A stretch of 64,000 nucleotides of DNA, from assembly GCA_016209605.1 (NCBI GenBank), contig JACQVS010000015.1, forward strand, positions 87 through 64,086. The letters are read 5' to 3'. Positions 9,969 to 19,580 of the stretch are shown in pieces (positions within the stretch are counted from its first letter, which is position 1; each line of letters begins with the position of its first letter). The notes below the pieces were generated by a model. That model was not told the origin of the DNA and did not search any database. It worked only from the letters and a program-made list of their open reading frames with translations. The translations under genes and the position numbers were made by a program. The DNA comes from Planctomycetota bacterium (GTDB taxonomy: Bacteria > Planctomycetota > UBA8108 > JACQVS01).

Positions 9969-11744
9969 CTAGAAGTCCGACTCATCCTCGTCCAAGTCGT
10001 CGATGAACTCCTCCCCTGGCGCTTCCTGGGCGCGCACGGCGGCTTTGGCGATATGCTTGAAGAGGAGAAGGTTCTCCGGGTTCTTGCGCAGCTGGTCCCA
10101 GCGAAAGTTCCAGGCCCGCTCCGACTGGTTTCCCGCCCCCAGGCTCGAGACGCAGGTGTTGGGCCACTTGTCGCTCAAGGAGTGGCGCAGCTGCCACGCC
10201 TTGCCGGAGTCGATGCCGCTCGCGGAGTCGAGCGCTTCCTTGGCATAGTACTTGGCCTGGTCGCGCAGGTCCCAGGCGCGCGGGTCTTCGGACCGGCCCA
10301 GCGTCTTGACGATGATCTTGGGGGCGCAGCGGAGGAATCGGACTCTCCACTCCCAGGACCGGTCGCTCTGCAGACCCCGCAAGCTCATCAGCACCCAGGG
10401 CAGGTACTCTTCGTGATGCTCCACGCGGATCTTCCAGGCCCGGTCGCTGTCGATGCCGCCCAGGCTGATCAGCAAGGCCGGGATCGCGGTGCGCTTGTCG
10501 GCCCGCTTCTCCCTCAGCGCCCAGGCCGGCTCGGAATCGATCCCTTGCAGGCTGATGAGCACCTCGTTGGGCGCCTTCTTGCGCAGCCGCTCCCGCAACA
10601 CCCAGGCCGAATCGGTCTCGTTGCCGCGCAGCGCCAGGGCGACCTGCTGGGGGGCAATTTCCGCCATTTGCTCGCGCATGGCGATGGCGCGGGGGTGGAA
10701 GGCCATTCCGGACAAGCTGGCGGCCACGTACAAGGGCTCGCGCTCCAGCAAGCGGGCCCGGAAGTTCATGCTCGGCTCGGAAACGCAGCCGCGCAGGCCG
10801 TGGGCGATCAGGGCCGGCTCCCGTTCGATCAGCTCCTCGCGGATCTCGTGGACTTCCATGATGTCAAAGCCGGAGATGAACAGCGCCGCGTAGGCGCTGC
10901 GGCCCGGCACCATGGCGCGGATCTGGTCGAAGAAGATCTTGATCGAGTGCTCCTGGCGCTTCTTGGCCTCGCCCATAGCCAACAGCTTCTCGACCGCCAC
11001 TTGAAGGGGAGAGGAGGTTTGTTTGTGCTTTTCGGCCTCCTCCAGGTTGGCCCAATGGGGATCGAGGATGGCGGGATAACCCTTCAACCTGAGGACCTCG
11101 CTGACGCGGTTGAAAATGCGCTGCAGCGACTCCTCGATGGTCGAGCGAGCGTTGTCGATGACGATCCAGGAGCCTTTGTTCTCCTCGGCCAGCTCCAGGA
11201 ATCCCTTGCGTATTTGCTCGCGGAAACCGATGCCCATGAGGCCCTTGCGGCCGAAATCCCCCAGCCGATGCTCGCGGATTTTCTGGAGCTTCTTGCGTAC
11301 CCGCGAGGTCAACGGATCGACATCGCAGTACACCACCAGATCCGGCCAGAGGCCGCCGGCGGCCATGCTCAGGACATGATCGACGATCTGGCGGTCGAGG
11401 CCGCGGCCGTGATGCGACTGGGTCAAGGCGGAGTAGAGGTACCGGTCGCTGAAGATGACATGACCCGGCTTCAGCTTGGGCCGGATGTACTCATCGATCA
11501 TCTGGGCATCGCGGGCGACATACAGCAGGAACTCGGTGACATCCGACATCCCCAGAAAGCTCGGATCGCGCGTCAGCTCGCGAATGGCGCGAGACACCTT
11601 GGAGCGGAAAACCCCCTGGTCGCGGGCGTGGTGCACCGGAATCCCTTGCGACTTGAGGTATTCGGCGAGGCGGTTGGACAAGGTGGTTTTACCACTCCCA
11701 TCGATTCCTTCAAAATCAATAAAAATCGGTTGCGGCTCCGCCAT
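9969..11744 (-). CDS. Thymidylate-kinase-like protein fused to C-terminal ~27-aa helical repeats
   Basis: FEGIDGSGKTT P-loop, DRYLYS, WPDLV; repeats of SLxGxDSxxAWxLR; AGGA before ATG 11744. Confidence 0.88.
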   Translation of the reverse strand: MAEPQPIFIDFEGIDGSGKTTLSNRLAEYLKSQGIPVHHARDQGVFRSKVSRAIRELTRDPSFLGMSDVTEFLLYVARDAQMIDEYIRPKLKPGHVIFSDRYLYSALTQSHHGRGLDRQIVDHVLSMAAGGLWPDLVVYCDVDPLTSRVRKKLQKIREHRLGDFGRKGLMGIGFREQIRKGFLELAEENKGSWIVIDNARSTIEESLQRIFNRVSEVLRLKGYPAILDPHWANLEEAEKHKQTSSPLQVAVEKLLAMGEAKKRQEHSIKIFFDQIRAMVPGRSAYAALFISGFDIMEVHEIREELIEREPALIAHGLRGCVSEPSMNFRARLLEREPLYVAASLSGMAFHPRAIAMREQMAEIAPQQVALALRGNETDSAWVLRERLRKKAPNEVLISLQGIDSEPAWALREKRADKRTAIPALLISLGGIDSDRAWKIRVEHHEEYLPWVLMSLRGLQSDRSWEWRVRFLRCAPKIIVKTLGRSEDPRAWDLRDQAKYYAKEALDSASGIDSGKAWQLRHSLSDKWPNTCVSSLGAGNQSERAWNFRWDQLRKNPENLLLFKHIAKAAVRAQEAPGEEFIDDLDEDESDF

Positions 11745-11878
11745 GGAGGTTTCCTGAACTGTCATGGATCTCATGGTCAAAAGATCTCTGAGAACAGGCC
11801 CATTTTACCCAAAAGATGCCTGAAAGACTACCGGGGTCCGACCTTTTCCCGGTCGTAAAATGCGGTTCCTTTTACGGG

Positions 11879-12805
11879 CTAGCTGGGATTCTCGGAGGAG
11901 TTTTCCTTGCTGTAATCCTGGCTGGAGTTGACGTTGGATTTTTTTCCCAGCCGGCGCTGGGGCGGCCGGACCTCCCCCGTGCCCCTCCCCCCCAAAGGCG
12001 TGTCGCCCATATTGAAGATGTCCGAGCCGTTGGCGCTGTCCAGCTCCCGGGTGAGCAGGTTGATGCTGGTGGTGAACTTCGAGACCCGCCGCGGCGGCAT
12101 GGATCCCAGTTCTTTCTCCAGCCACTCCGGATAGCGGTTCTCCTTGCACTTGATTTCCAGGATGACCTTGTTGATCGTCTGAATGGGCCTTCCCAGCGTC
12201 TGGCGGTTCAAGGACTCGACCCGGTCGTAAAGCCCGCGGACCGGCTGAAAAACCTCCAGATTTTCGTCAAAGGTCACTCTCAGCTCTTCTTCGTTCTTCT
12301 GGTACACCGTCCGCCGGTAGTTGATGATGGATCGGGGGCGAACGGTGTAATGCTGGAGATACCTTCTCAGCTCGTTGTAAACCTCCCCGAAATCATCAAA
12401 GGCCAGGCTGGGATCGGAGTTGACCAGCTGGTCCAGGATGTTCTTCCCCTCGAAAAGCTGGTTGATGAAGGATTTCGGCACCCTCAACCGCCGTTTGATC
12501 ACCAGACCTTCCACCCGTTGCTTGATCTCGACAAAGCAGCAAGGGAACCACTCGAGCGTTTTCCCATCGCCCAGCTCGTAATAATATTCCTTGACGCGAA
12601 TCTTGGTGTTGTTGTCGTAATGGTGAGTGGCGCGGTTGTAAAATTCGTAGAGATCGGTGTCGTAGTATATGGTGGAAATGAAGGTATGGGACCGGCCTCT
12701 GCGGAACTCGTAGAGGGGCAAATGCTTCGAAACCACTTCCTTGAGGCGCTTGGCCTCTTGCATCTCCAGCTCGTACTTGATTTCGCGTCGACCAAAGATA
12801 CTCAT
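11879..12805 (-). CDS. VTC-domain (polyphosphate polymerase-like, CYTH tunnel) protein
   Basis: RREIKY, STIYYDT, KIRVKEY, FVEIK, YRRTVY, LRVTFD, ILEIK, SKF. Confidence 0.9.
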   Translation of the reverse strand: MSIFGRREIKYELEMQEAKRLKEVVSKHLPLYEFRRGRSHTFISTIYYDTDLYEFYNRATHHYDNNTKIRVKEYYYELGDGKTLEWFPCCFVEIKQRVEGLVIKRRLRVPKSFINQLFEGKNILDQLVNSDPSLAFDDFGEVYNELRRYLQHYTVRPRSIINYRRTVYQKNEEELRVTFDENLEVFQPVRGLYDRVESLNRQTLGRPIQTINKVILEIKCKENRYPEWLEKELGSMPPRRVSKFTTSINLLTRELDSANGSDIFNMGDTPLGGRGTGEVRPPQRRLGKKSNVNSSQDYSKENSSENPS

Positions 12806-13060
12806 TGACGTCTTCACCACGCTCTGAAAAATTCACCGTGGGGGATTATGGCGTGCGGTTAATGGGCGATTGGAAGCTTCCTCGGGCTCCCTTCCCGGCA
12901 GGCACCCGGGAACGATGCAGGAACAAAAATTCCTTATCCCCTTCACGGCCCTTCCTTCCCCGGGTTGAAAAACGGTTTACAAGCTTCACTCTATTACAGA
13001 CAACCGTTATCGGAAGTAAAGGTGCTGAAACTAGATACTCCACTGAGAAAATTCAAGTCC

Positions 13061-13088
13061 ATTATAGCCAGGAGGGGGTCGATGTCAA
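13061..13088 (-). promoter_or_regulatory. Consensus sigma70 promoter facing the VTC gene
   Basis: Minus strand TTGACA (13088-13083), 16-bp spacer, TATAAT (13066-13061). Confidence 0.75.
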
Positions 13089-13122
13089 CAACCAGAAAAA
13101 AAAAGTGCCGGTCACCAATTTT

Positions 13123-14712
13123 TTAAAAATTGATCAGCAGCTGCACGATGAGCTCGTTCGAGTCCACCGCGCCGGCGCCGGTGGACTCGCGGTTGAAGAC
13201 GTACTCGGTCTTGATGTAGATCTTCTTGGTGACCGAGAGCACCCCGCCGACCAGGAACTGCCGGCGGTCCCAGGTGCCGGGGAGGCTGGGGACCTGATCC
13301 ATGCGGACATCGAGGACGCCGTAGCGCACCGTCGGCTCGACATAGTGGAAATAGTTGTCGATGAGCGGCTTGGGAAAGGAGAGGCGGTAAGAGCCCTGGA
13401 CATACCAGCCGTCGCGGTCGAGGTTGCCATCCTGCGCATCGATATACTGGAAGAAAGCGTATAGCCCATCCCCCTTGCGGGTGTCCATCAAGTCGAGCCA
13501 GTCGCGCAGCAGGTGGTAGGCCTCGAGGTGGTAGCCGGCGCTGAAGCCGATGCGCTTCTGGTAGTCCTTCTCGGAGTTGCCGTAGCCGGCGGTCGGAATG
13601 CCCGCCAGATCGCGGACGGTCAGGCCGTCCTGCAGGAAATCGATGGAGTCCTGATTGAGCCGGTTGTCGAAGAAAAAGAAGAGGAAGTCCAGCTCGCCAA
13701 GGAAGTTGAAGTCGCGCTCGTAGCCGATGCCGAAGCCCAGCTCCCGGAGCGACAGGCCGGTCTTCACGTTGCGGTCATCCTGGACGATCTCCTGGAGATT
13801 CGCCTGGTCCTTGCCGATCTCCTTGACCCCGAGAGTGTGGCCATCCCCCACCGAGAAGTGCAGGACCAGGGCGCCGGGATTGTTTTCGAAGTCGAACGGC
13901 TCGTGCTCGGTCGAGGAGGTCTGCGAGGCCCGCCCGTTGACCTCTTCCAGGGCCGGAGGGGCCTCATCCTCAGCGGCAGGGGCGGAGCGCCGGCGGGGAG
14001 GTTTCGGCGCCTTGGCCGGCTTGACCGGTTTCTCCACCTTGGCGCCGCGCTTGTTGCCGATGGTACCCTTCCACATCAAGGCGATCTCCTCATCGCGCCA
14101 GAAAGCGGTGCCGAGGAGCGGATAGGTCTCCGAGAGGCGGGCGCTGGGGCCGATGTGGATGAAGCGGTCGTCGAGGCCGATCTGCGACTCGGTACGGAAC
14201 CACCACTCGTGCTTCCAGTCGTGAAAGAAGCTCATTTCTTTAAGAAGGGTGTTGCCCCGGTCCGGGCGGAAGTCGAGCTGGCCGCGGATGCCCACGGCCT
14301 TGCCAACGTCGAGCTCGGGCTCGAGGCGCAGGCGGTCGAACTCGAGATGGGGGTCGGGATTGTCGGTGGTGCCGAGGAGCGAGTCGTGCTCCGACTCGGT
14401 GTCGACGAAGTTGAGCTCGAGCTTGCCGCCCAGGCGCAGCTCGGCGGCGCCGATGGTGATGACGCCCTTCGAGTAAACTTCCTTGGCAGCCTCGACGATG
14501 CTCTTCTTGACTTCCTTCGCGATCTCCTTCTCGATCTCCTTCTTCTGCGTCTTCTCGGTTTCGGCCTTCCATTGCTCGAGCTCCTGGAGGCGCAGCTCGA
14601 TCGACTCCCGGGAAGCCGGGCGCTCGCGCGGCTGGGCCAGGAGCGGGTCGCGGGGAAGGAAGGAGAACATCCCTCCTCCCAGGATCAGCAAGGTCAATAA
14701 TCGGCGCTTCAT
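13123..14712 (-). CDS. Outer-membrane beta-barrel / porin-like protein
   Basis: Signal peptide, N-terminal coiled coil, amphipathic strands (GWYVQGSY, IKTEY), terminal Phe. Confidence 0.8.
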   Translation of the reverse strand: MKRRLLTLLILGGGMFSFLPRDPLLAQPRERPASRESIELRLQELEQWKAETEKTQKKEIEKEIAKEVKKSIVEAAKEVYSKGVITIGAAELRLGGKLELNFVDTESEHDSLLGTTDNPDPHLEFDRLRLEPELDVGKAVGIRGQLDFRPDRGNTLLKEMSFFHDWKHEWWFRTESQIGLDDRFIHIGPSARLSETYPLLGTAFWRDEEIALMWKGTIGNKRGAKVEKPVKPAKAPKPPRRRSAPAAEDEAPPALEEVNGRASQTSSTEHEPFDFENNPGALVLHFSVGDGHTLGVKEIGKDQANLQEIVQDDRNVKTGLSLRELGFGIGYERDFNFLGELDFLFFFFDNRLNQDSIDFLQDGLTVRDLAGIPTAGYGNSEKDYQKRIGFSAGYHLEAYHLLRDWLDLMDTRKGDGLYAFFQYIDAQDGNLDRDGWYVQGSYRLSFPKPLIDNYFHYVEPTVRYGVLDVRMDQVPSLPGTWDRRQFLVGGVLSVTKKIYIKTEYVFNRESTGAGAVDSNELIVQLLINF

Positions 14713-14749
14713 TTTCTTCTCCGGTTATCGTTAGTTCATGACACTTTTC

Positions 14750-17700
14750 TTAACGGCATTCGAGATCATCCGGCGTCAGGTCCACACCCTCCTGCGGGTA
14801 AGGTTCGGGTATCCTCTGGCCGGCCTTGAACAGGAAGTTGAGCAGGAAGAGGCCATCGGCCACGTCCAGTTTGCCGTCATCGTTCGTGTCGAAGGCATCC
14901 AGGCAGGTCGGCCGCGGAACCTTCTCGAAGAGCACCCGGAACAGCCAGGCCGCATCGGAGATGTTGACCAGGCCGTTCTTGTTGGTGTCGCCGCGGATGA
15001 ACTTGCCTTGCGGGCAGAGGTCGACGGGGAACGGCCCCGCGTTCAGCTCGCCGCCGCGGGTGTCGACGAGATGCACGGTCACCGTCATGGCGCCGGCGCT
15101 CCCCGCGCTGAAGATCGCGTTGAAGCCGATGCGCGCCTGGCATGTCGGCGGCGCGGGAGTGAAACGGCGCGACAAGCTGAGCGGCATGGTCTCCTTCACC
15201 CCATCCCGGTCGATGATGAGCTCCGCGGTCCCGAGGCCGAAACCCGCCGGGCGCAGGACGACCTCGCGCAGGAAGACCAGGGAGTCCCCCTCGATTTGCA
15301 AGGTGTCGGCCGGCTTGACGCACTCGCCCGGCCGGCCGCCGATGACCTTGATGTTCACGGCCCCGGGGATCTCCGGCGCCTTGTAGAAATCACGGCAGTT
15401 GGTCTCGCCCGGCGTCGGCGCGGGGACGTTGAGGAGCTGGATGGTCGGATCGCCGTCCGGCAGGCGCCCGAAGGCGCGGTCCGGCCGCGGCGTGCAGTCG
15501 TTGTTCGTGAAGAAGCTCCAGGTGATCCGGTCGATCGGGCAGTTGCCATCGGCATCGCGCGAGAGCACGTGGAGGATCTCGTTGCAGTTGTCGAGGAGGA
15601 TGGTGTGGACGAGCAGCGTCTGCGTTTTTATGCCTTTCGCCTCCAGCACCTTCAGGTCGGGCTGGTCGTTCAGCGGATCGACGAAGAGGAAGAGCAGGAA
15701 CTCCTTGGGGGGGATGATGGTGCCGGCGGGGATGCGGTACTCGCGCACCTTGCCGATGAGGCCCGCGGGGCAGCCCGGCTGGTCCTTTTCGTCGGCGAGG
15801 AACATGTCCCCCACGTCGAGGGGCGAATCGCCGGCGTTGTACAGCTCGGCGAAGTCGGGCGGCTCGAGGTTGGGGTCGTCGTAAAGCTCCTTCAAGGTCG
15901 CCTCGCTCAAGGGGAGCGCCTCGTTCCAGACGAGGGGCGGCTTGGCCGGGCTGTAGGCGAAGCGGAAGGAGGCCAGGGGCGAGGCCGCCTCATCGTGGAT
16001 CGTCGGCTCGGCGAACGACGGGTCGATCTCCCCCTTCGCGGCCCGCTCCGCCAGCACCAGATCCTTGGCGCGGAAGAAGAAGGTCACCAGGGTCCCCCGC
16101 GGCCCCTCCGGCAGCACGGCGCTGAGGCGGTAGGCGGTGGCGCCGGCGACCGGCGCGGGATTGAAGCACTGGCGGTCGACCACCTCCGAGAGCGGCTCGA
16201 CGGTCAAGCCGTTCTGCCGGCTCAAGGTGACCGGCGCGGCATTGCCGGCCTGGTAAACCAGCTCGACCTCGAAGCTCGGCTTCTCCGGCGTGTCCTCCTT
16301 CACGGTGTCCTGGTCGATGCTCACGAAGGCGATGATCTGGGGCTTGTCGGCCGGCGGCTCCTCGATGGCCCGCGGGCAGCGCGGCAGCACCCACACCAGC
16401 TTCTCGAAGGCCGGCTTGATGTCGCAGGCCAGCAGGTTGGGGCCGCCGGGGGTCGGGCAGGTGAAGCGGCAGCCGGGCCGGAGGGTGCGGCGCTCCCGTC
16501 CGTCTTCCTCCTCAACGGTGCTGAGATCGCACTCGGAAGACGCTGGATGCTCGCCATCGCCGCCGCCTCCATCGGGATAGCGGCCGAAGGAGAGGTCGGG
16601 AGCGACCCCATCCGCCCCCTCCCCGGAGAAGTCGAACTCGGCGAGATCGACCACCTGGGTATCGGGGTCGAGGAGGGCGATCAGGTCGGGATCCAGTCTG
16701 CTCAACTGGAAGTCGGCGGAATACAGCCGCGCGCGCGTCCCCGGCTGGCCCGCTTCATAGTAGGTCTTGAAGGGGGGGTTGTCGCCGTCGGCGACGATCA
16801 GCAGGAACTCCTTCGGGTCGATGCGGTCGATGCAGACGGCATCGAAGCGCCAGAGGAACAAGCACTCCGGGGGGGTCGGATCCTCGAGGGGGCAGAGGTT
16901 GGAGAAGTCTTTATCGGGGGCGAAGCAGAGCGGCCTCTGGTCCGGTTTTCCCAGCTCGCCGAACTTGGTCAAGCCCACCAGCGAGTAGCCCTTCAGGGAG
17001 ACCGGCTGATCGCCGTAGTTGTAGATTTCGATCCAGTCGGAGCTCACCGGCCCGGACCCGGAGGGCTCCTCTTGAGCGTTGAACTTGTCGAAGAGGATGG
17101 TGCTGTGGTTGCGCGGCTGGTACTCGTTGATGACCACCGGCGGCAGCGGCCCGCCGACCACCTGGCAGTCCTCGCGGATGCTCTCCCCGACGATGTTCTC
17201 GACGCGGATGAGCAGGTCCAGCTTGGTGCCTGCCGGGCGGCGCGGAATCATTGCCGAGAGAACGATCCGGTGCATGGTGAAGCGGCAGGTCTTGCACGAC
17301 GGGAAGGTCTCCCCTTTGAAATTGCGCCGCGTTTCCTGAACGTCACTGCGGCGGATCTCGGTGAGCGGAATGGGCCCGGGAATCACCTCCAGAACCTCGC
17401 CGCGGGGGCAGGCGCTGACGACGCGGATCTCGACGATTTCCTTGGCGAGCAATTCGAGGTCCTCAAGAAGCGTCACCGTGACCGGAATCAGCTCCGGCTC
17501 GGGCCCCAGGGCTCCCAGGTTGCTGCGCCCAAGGTAGCGCGGCGGCTTGATGCCGATGGGCTTGTTGGGCATGCCGGGGGTGGGGACGTAGATGACCCCG
17601 TAATTCTTCTCGTCGCTCTGCGGCAGGCCATCGGGGTATCGACCGACCGCGACGTTATCCTCCTGCAGGGCGTAGCCGCGCTCCTCGAGGAGGCCGCGGC

Positions 17701-18211
17701 CGCGGCCGCCGAAGAGATGGAGCTTCTCGCCGCCCCCTCTCAGCCTGAAGGGAGCGTGCAGAGGCCCCTTCTCGGGCTGGTTGTCGCAAATCACCACCAG
17801 GAAGCCTTTGGCCGGGATGACCATGCCGTCGGGGAAGGTGAAGCGGCGCGGCCGGATGCGGTCATCGGAGAGGCTGTAGTCGGTGAGGTTGACCGGCTTC
17901 TCCAGGGGGTTGTAAATCTCCACCCAGTCGACCGGCTGGCCATCGGCATCGAGCGAGATGGTTTTATCAACTTCGGCGTAAAAATCGCTGAAGCGAATAG
18001 CCTGCGGAGCGGCATTGGCATTGGCGAAGATCTCATTGATGACCAAGGGCTCGAATCCGGCCCCTCCTCTCGAGCGCTTGCAGGAAGAGGCCGAAAACAA
18101 TAAGAGCGCCAGCCCGGCGGAGATGAGCAGGCGAAAAAACAGCTCTTCTCCGGCTCGCCGCGGGAAGTTGGGAAGGAACTGGATGTGGGTCAACAAACCC
18201 GGCTTCACCAT
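14750..18211 (-). CDS. Large Cys-rich lipoprotein with three lamin-tail domains and a C-terminal dockerin-like domain
   Basis: LVINE..DWVEIYN..GRYPDG, VVINE..DWIEIYN..GRYPDG, VWNE..DFAELYN..GRLPDG; FIRGDTNKNGLVNISDA; lipobox-like SASSC; start uncertain. Confidence 0.85.
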   Translation of the reverse strand: MVKPGLLTHIQFLPNFPRRAGEELFFRLLISAGLALLLFSASSCKRSRGGAGFEPLVINEIFANANAAPQAIRFSDFYAEVDKTISLDADGQPVDWVEIYNPLEKPVNLTDYSLSDDRIRPRRFTFPDGMVIPAKGFLVVICDNQPEKGPLHAPFRLRGGGEKLHLFGGRGRGLLEERGYALQEDNVAVGRYPDGLPQSDEKNYGVIYVPTPGMPNKPIGIKPPRYLGRSNLGALGPEPELIPVTVTLLEDLELLAKEIVEIRVVSACPRGEVLEVIPGPIPLTEIRRSDVQETRRNFKGETFPSCKTCRFTMHRIVLSAMIPRRPAGTKLDLLIRVENIVGESIREDCQVVGGPLPPVVINEYQPRNHSTILFDKFNAQEEPSGSGPVSSDWIEIYNYGDQPVSLKGYSLVGLTKFGELGKPDQRPLCFAPDKDFSNLCPLEDPTPPECLFLWRFDAVCIDRIDPKEFLLIVADGDNPPFKTYYEAGQPGTRARLYSADFQLSRLDPDLIALLDPDTQVVDLAEFDFSGEGADGVAPDLSFGRYPDGGGGDGEHPASSECDLSTVEEEDGRERRTLRPGCRFTCPTPGGPNLLACDIKPAFEKLVWVLPRCPRAIEEPPADKPQIIAFVSIDQDTVKEDTPEKPSFEVELVYQAGNAAPVTLSRQNGLTVEPLSEVVDRQCFNPAPVAGATAYRLSAVLPEGPRGTLVTFFFRAKDLVLAERAAKGEIDPSFAEPTIHDEAASPLASFRFAYSPAKPPLVWNEALPLSEATLKELYDDPNLEPPDFAELYNAGDSPLDVGDMFLADEKDQPGCPAGLIGKVREYRIPAGTIIPPKEFLLFLFVDPLNDQPDLKVLEAKGIKTQTLLVHTILLDNCNEILHVLSRDADGNCPIDRITWSFFTNNDCTPRPDRAFGRLPDGDPTIQLLNVPAPTPGETNCRDFYKAPEIPGAVNIKVIGGRPGECVKPADTLQIEGDSLVFLREVVLRPAGFGLGTAELIIDRDGVKETMPLSLSRRFTPAPPTCQARIGFNAIFSAGSAGAMTVTVHLVDTRGGELNAGPFPVDLCPQGKFIRGDTNKNGLVNISDAAWLFRVLFEKVPRPTCLDAFDTNDDGKLDVADGLFLLNFLFKAGQRIPEPYPQEGVDLTPDDLECR

Positions 18212-18345
18212 AAAAGATCTAAGGAGCGCAAAATGCGTCCACTGGACATGGCTTGAAATCCATAAAGCCATATCCGCTCACTTATTCCAAACCACTTTCA
18301 ATGATAGCAGAAAGCCCTTCTTTTGACTATGCCGTTCCCGAGGCC

Positions 18346-19527
18346 TTACCCGCGGCGGTAGACCCGCTGGCCGCGAAGATAAGTCTCTTCGACCACGAGG
18401 CGGGAGGACAGCACCACCAGATCGGCGCCTCTGCCCGGGGCGATCTCGCCCGCGTCCTTCCAGCCCAGCAGCCGGGCCGGGGCGCGGGTCAACGCCGTGA
18501 CGGCGGCGGCGGGATCCGCTCCCACCGCCTCCACCTGCACCCGCAAGGCGCGGTCGAGGGTCAAGGCGCTGCCCGCCAGGGTGCCGTTCCGCCGGGCGAC
18601 GCGGCCGGCCTTCAGCTCCACGTCCACGCCGGCGAAGACGTAAAGGCCATCCTCCAGGCCGCAAGGGTGCACAGAATCGCTGACCAGGCAGATCAGATCG
18701 CCGGGCTTGAGCCGCTCCACCCAGCGCAGCACCGCCGGATCGACGTGGAAGCCGTCGCTGATGAGCTCCACCCGCACCCGCTCGTCTTCCAGAAATGCCG
18801 ACACCGGCCCGGGACGGCGATGGTGGATGCCGTCCATGGCGTTGAAGAGGTGGGTGACGTAGCGGATGCCGGCCTGGATGGCCCGCCGGGCCTCCTCGTA
18901 GCCGGCGCCGGAGTGGCCGAAGGCCGGCACCACCCGGCGGCGCCGGAGATGCCGGACCAGCTCGAGGCCGCCGGGGCGCTCCGGGGCCAGGGTCATGGTC
19001 CGCACCAGCCCCCGGCCGGCCCGCAGGTACTCCTCGAGCAGCCTGGGAGAGTAGGTCCTGAAGTGCCTTCGCGGCAAAGCGCCGGGATGGCCGGGATCCA
19101 GGAACGGCCCCTCGAGATGGAGCCCGGCGGCCGTTCCCAGGCCGGCGCCGCCGGCAATGGCCGAGGCAAGGCGCTCGAGCGCCGCGAGAAATTCCCTCTT
19201 CGGCCCGGGATAGAGGCTGGCGAGGAGGCGGGTCACGCCGTGAGGCAGGTAGTGCTCGCGCACCACCTTCTCGAGCTCCGCGGCGCCGGCCGAGTTGAAG
19301 TCGATCCCGAGAGCCCCGTGGGTGTGGAGGTCGATGAAGCCGGGGGCCAGGCAGCGCCCCTCGAGGTCGACGCGCCCGAGCGCCCTCGCCCGGCGCCTCC
19401 CCCGCCGCAGCGCCTCCTTTCCCAGCGCCGTGATCCGGCCCCCCTCCACCGCCACCGGCACGCCGGAAACGATCCGGTCCGGGAGGAAGAGGCTTCCCCC
19501 CCGAAAGAGAATTCCTGATGACATCAT
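18346..19527 (-). CDS. nagA: N-acetylglucosamine-6-phosphate deacetylase
   Basis: PGFIDLHTHG, GLHLEGPF, MTLAPE, THLFNAM, DGFHV, LAGSALT. Confidence 0.95.
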   Translation of the reverse strand: MMSSGILFRGGSLFLPDRIVSGVPVAVEGGRITALGKEALRRGRRRARALGRVDLEGRCLAPGFIDLHTHGALGIDFNSAGAAELEKVVREHYLPHGVTRLLASLYPGPKREFLAALERLASAIAGGAGLGTAAGLHLEGPFLDPGHPGALPRRHFRTYSPRLLEEYLRAGRGLVRTMTLAPERPGGLELVRHLRRRRVVPAFGHSGAGYEEARRAIQAGIRYVTHLFNAMDGIHHRRPGPVSAFLEDERVRVELISDGFHVDPAVLRWVERLKPGDLICLVSDSVHPCGLEDGLYVFAGVDVELKAGRVARRNGTLAGSALTLDRALRVQVEAVGADPAAAVTALTRAPARLLGWKDAGEIAPGRGADLVVLSSRLVVEETYLRGQRVYRRG

Positions 19528-19580
19528 GGGCCGGGTATTTTATTCTGGCGGGCATTGCAAATTGGAGCGATTTCTTGGAA

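Noticed and set aside
14738-18103. Long antisense ORFs (1121 aa here; also 10053-11858, 26658-28475, 49888-51768, 57832-60300)
   Set aside because: Shadow frames of well-supported opposite-strand genes, expected at high GC; no recognisable motifs
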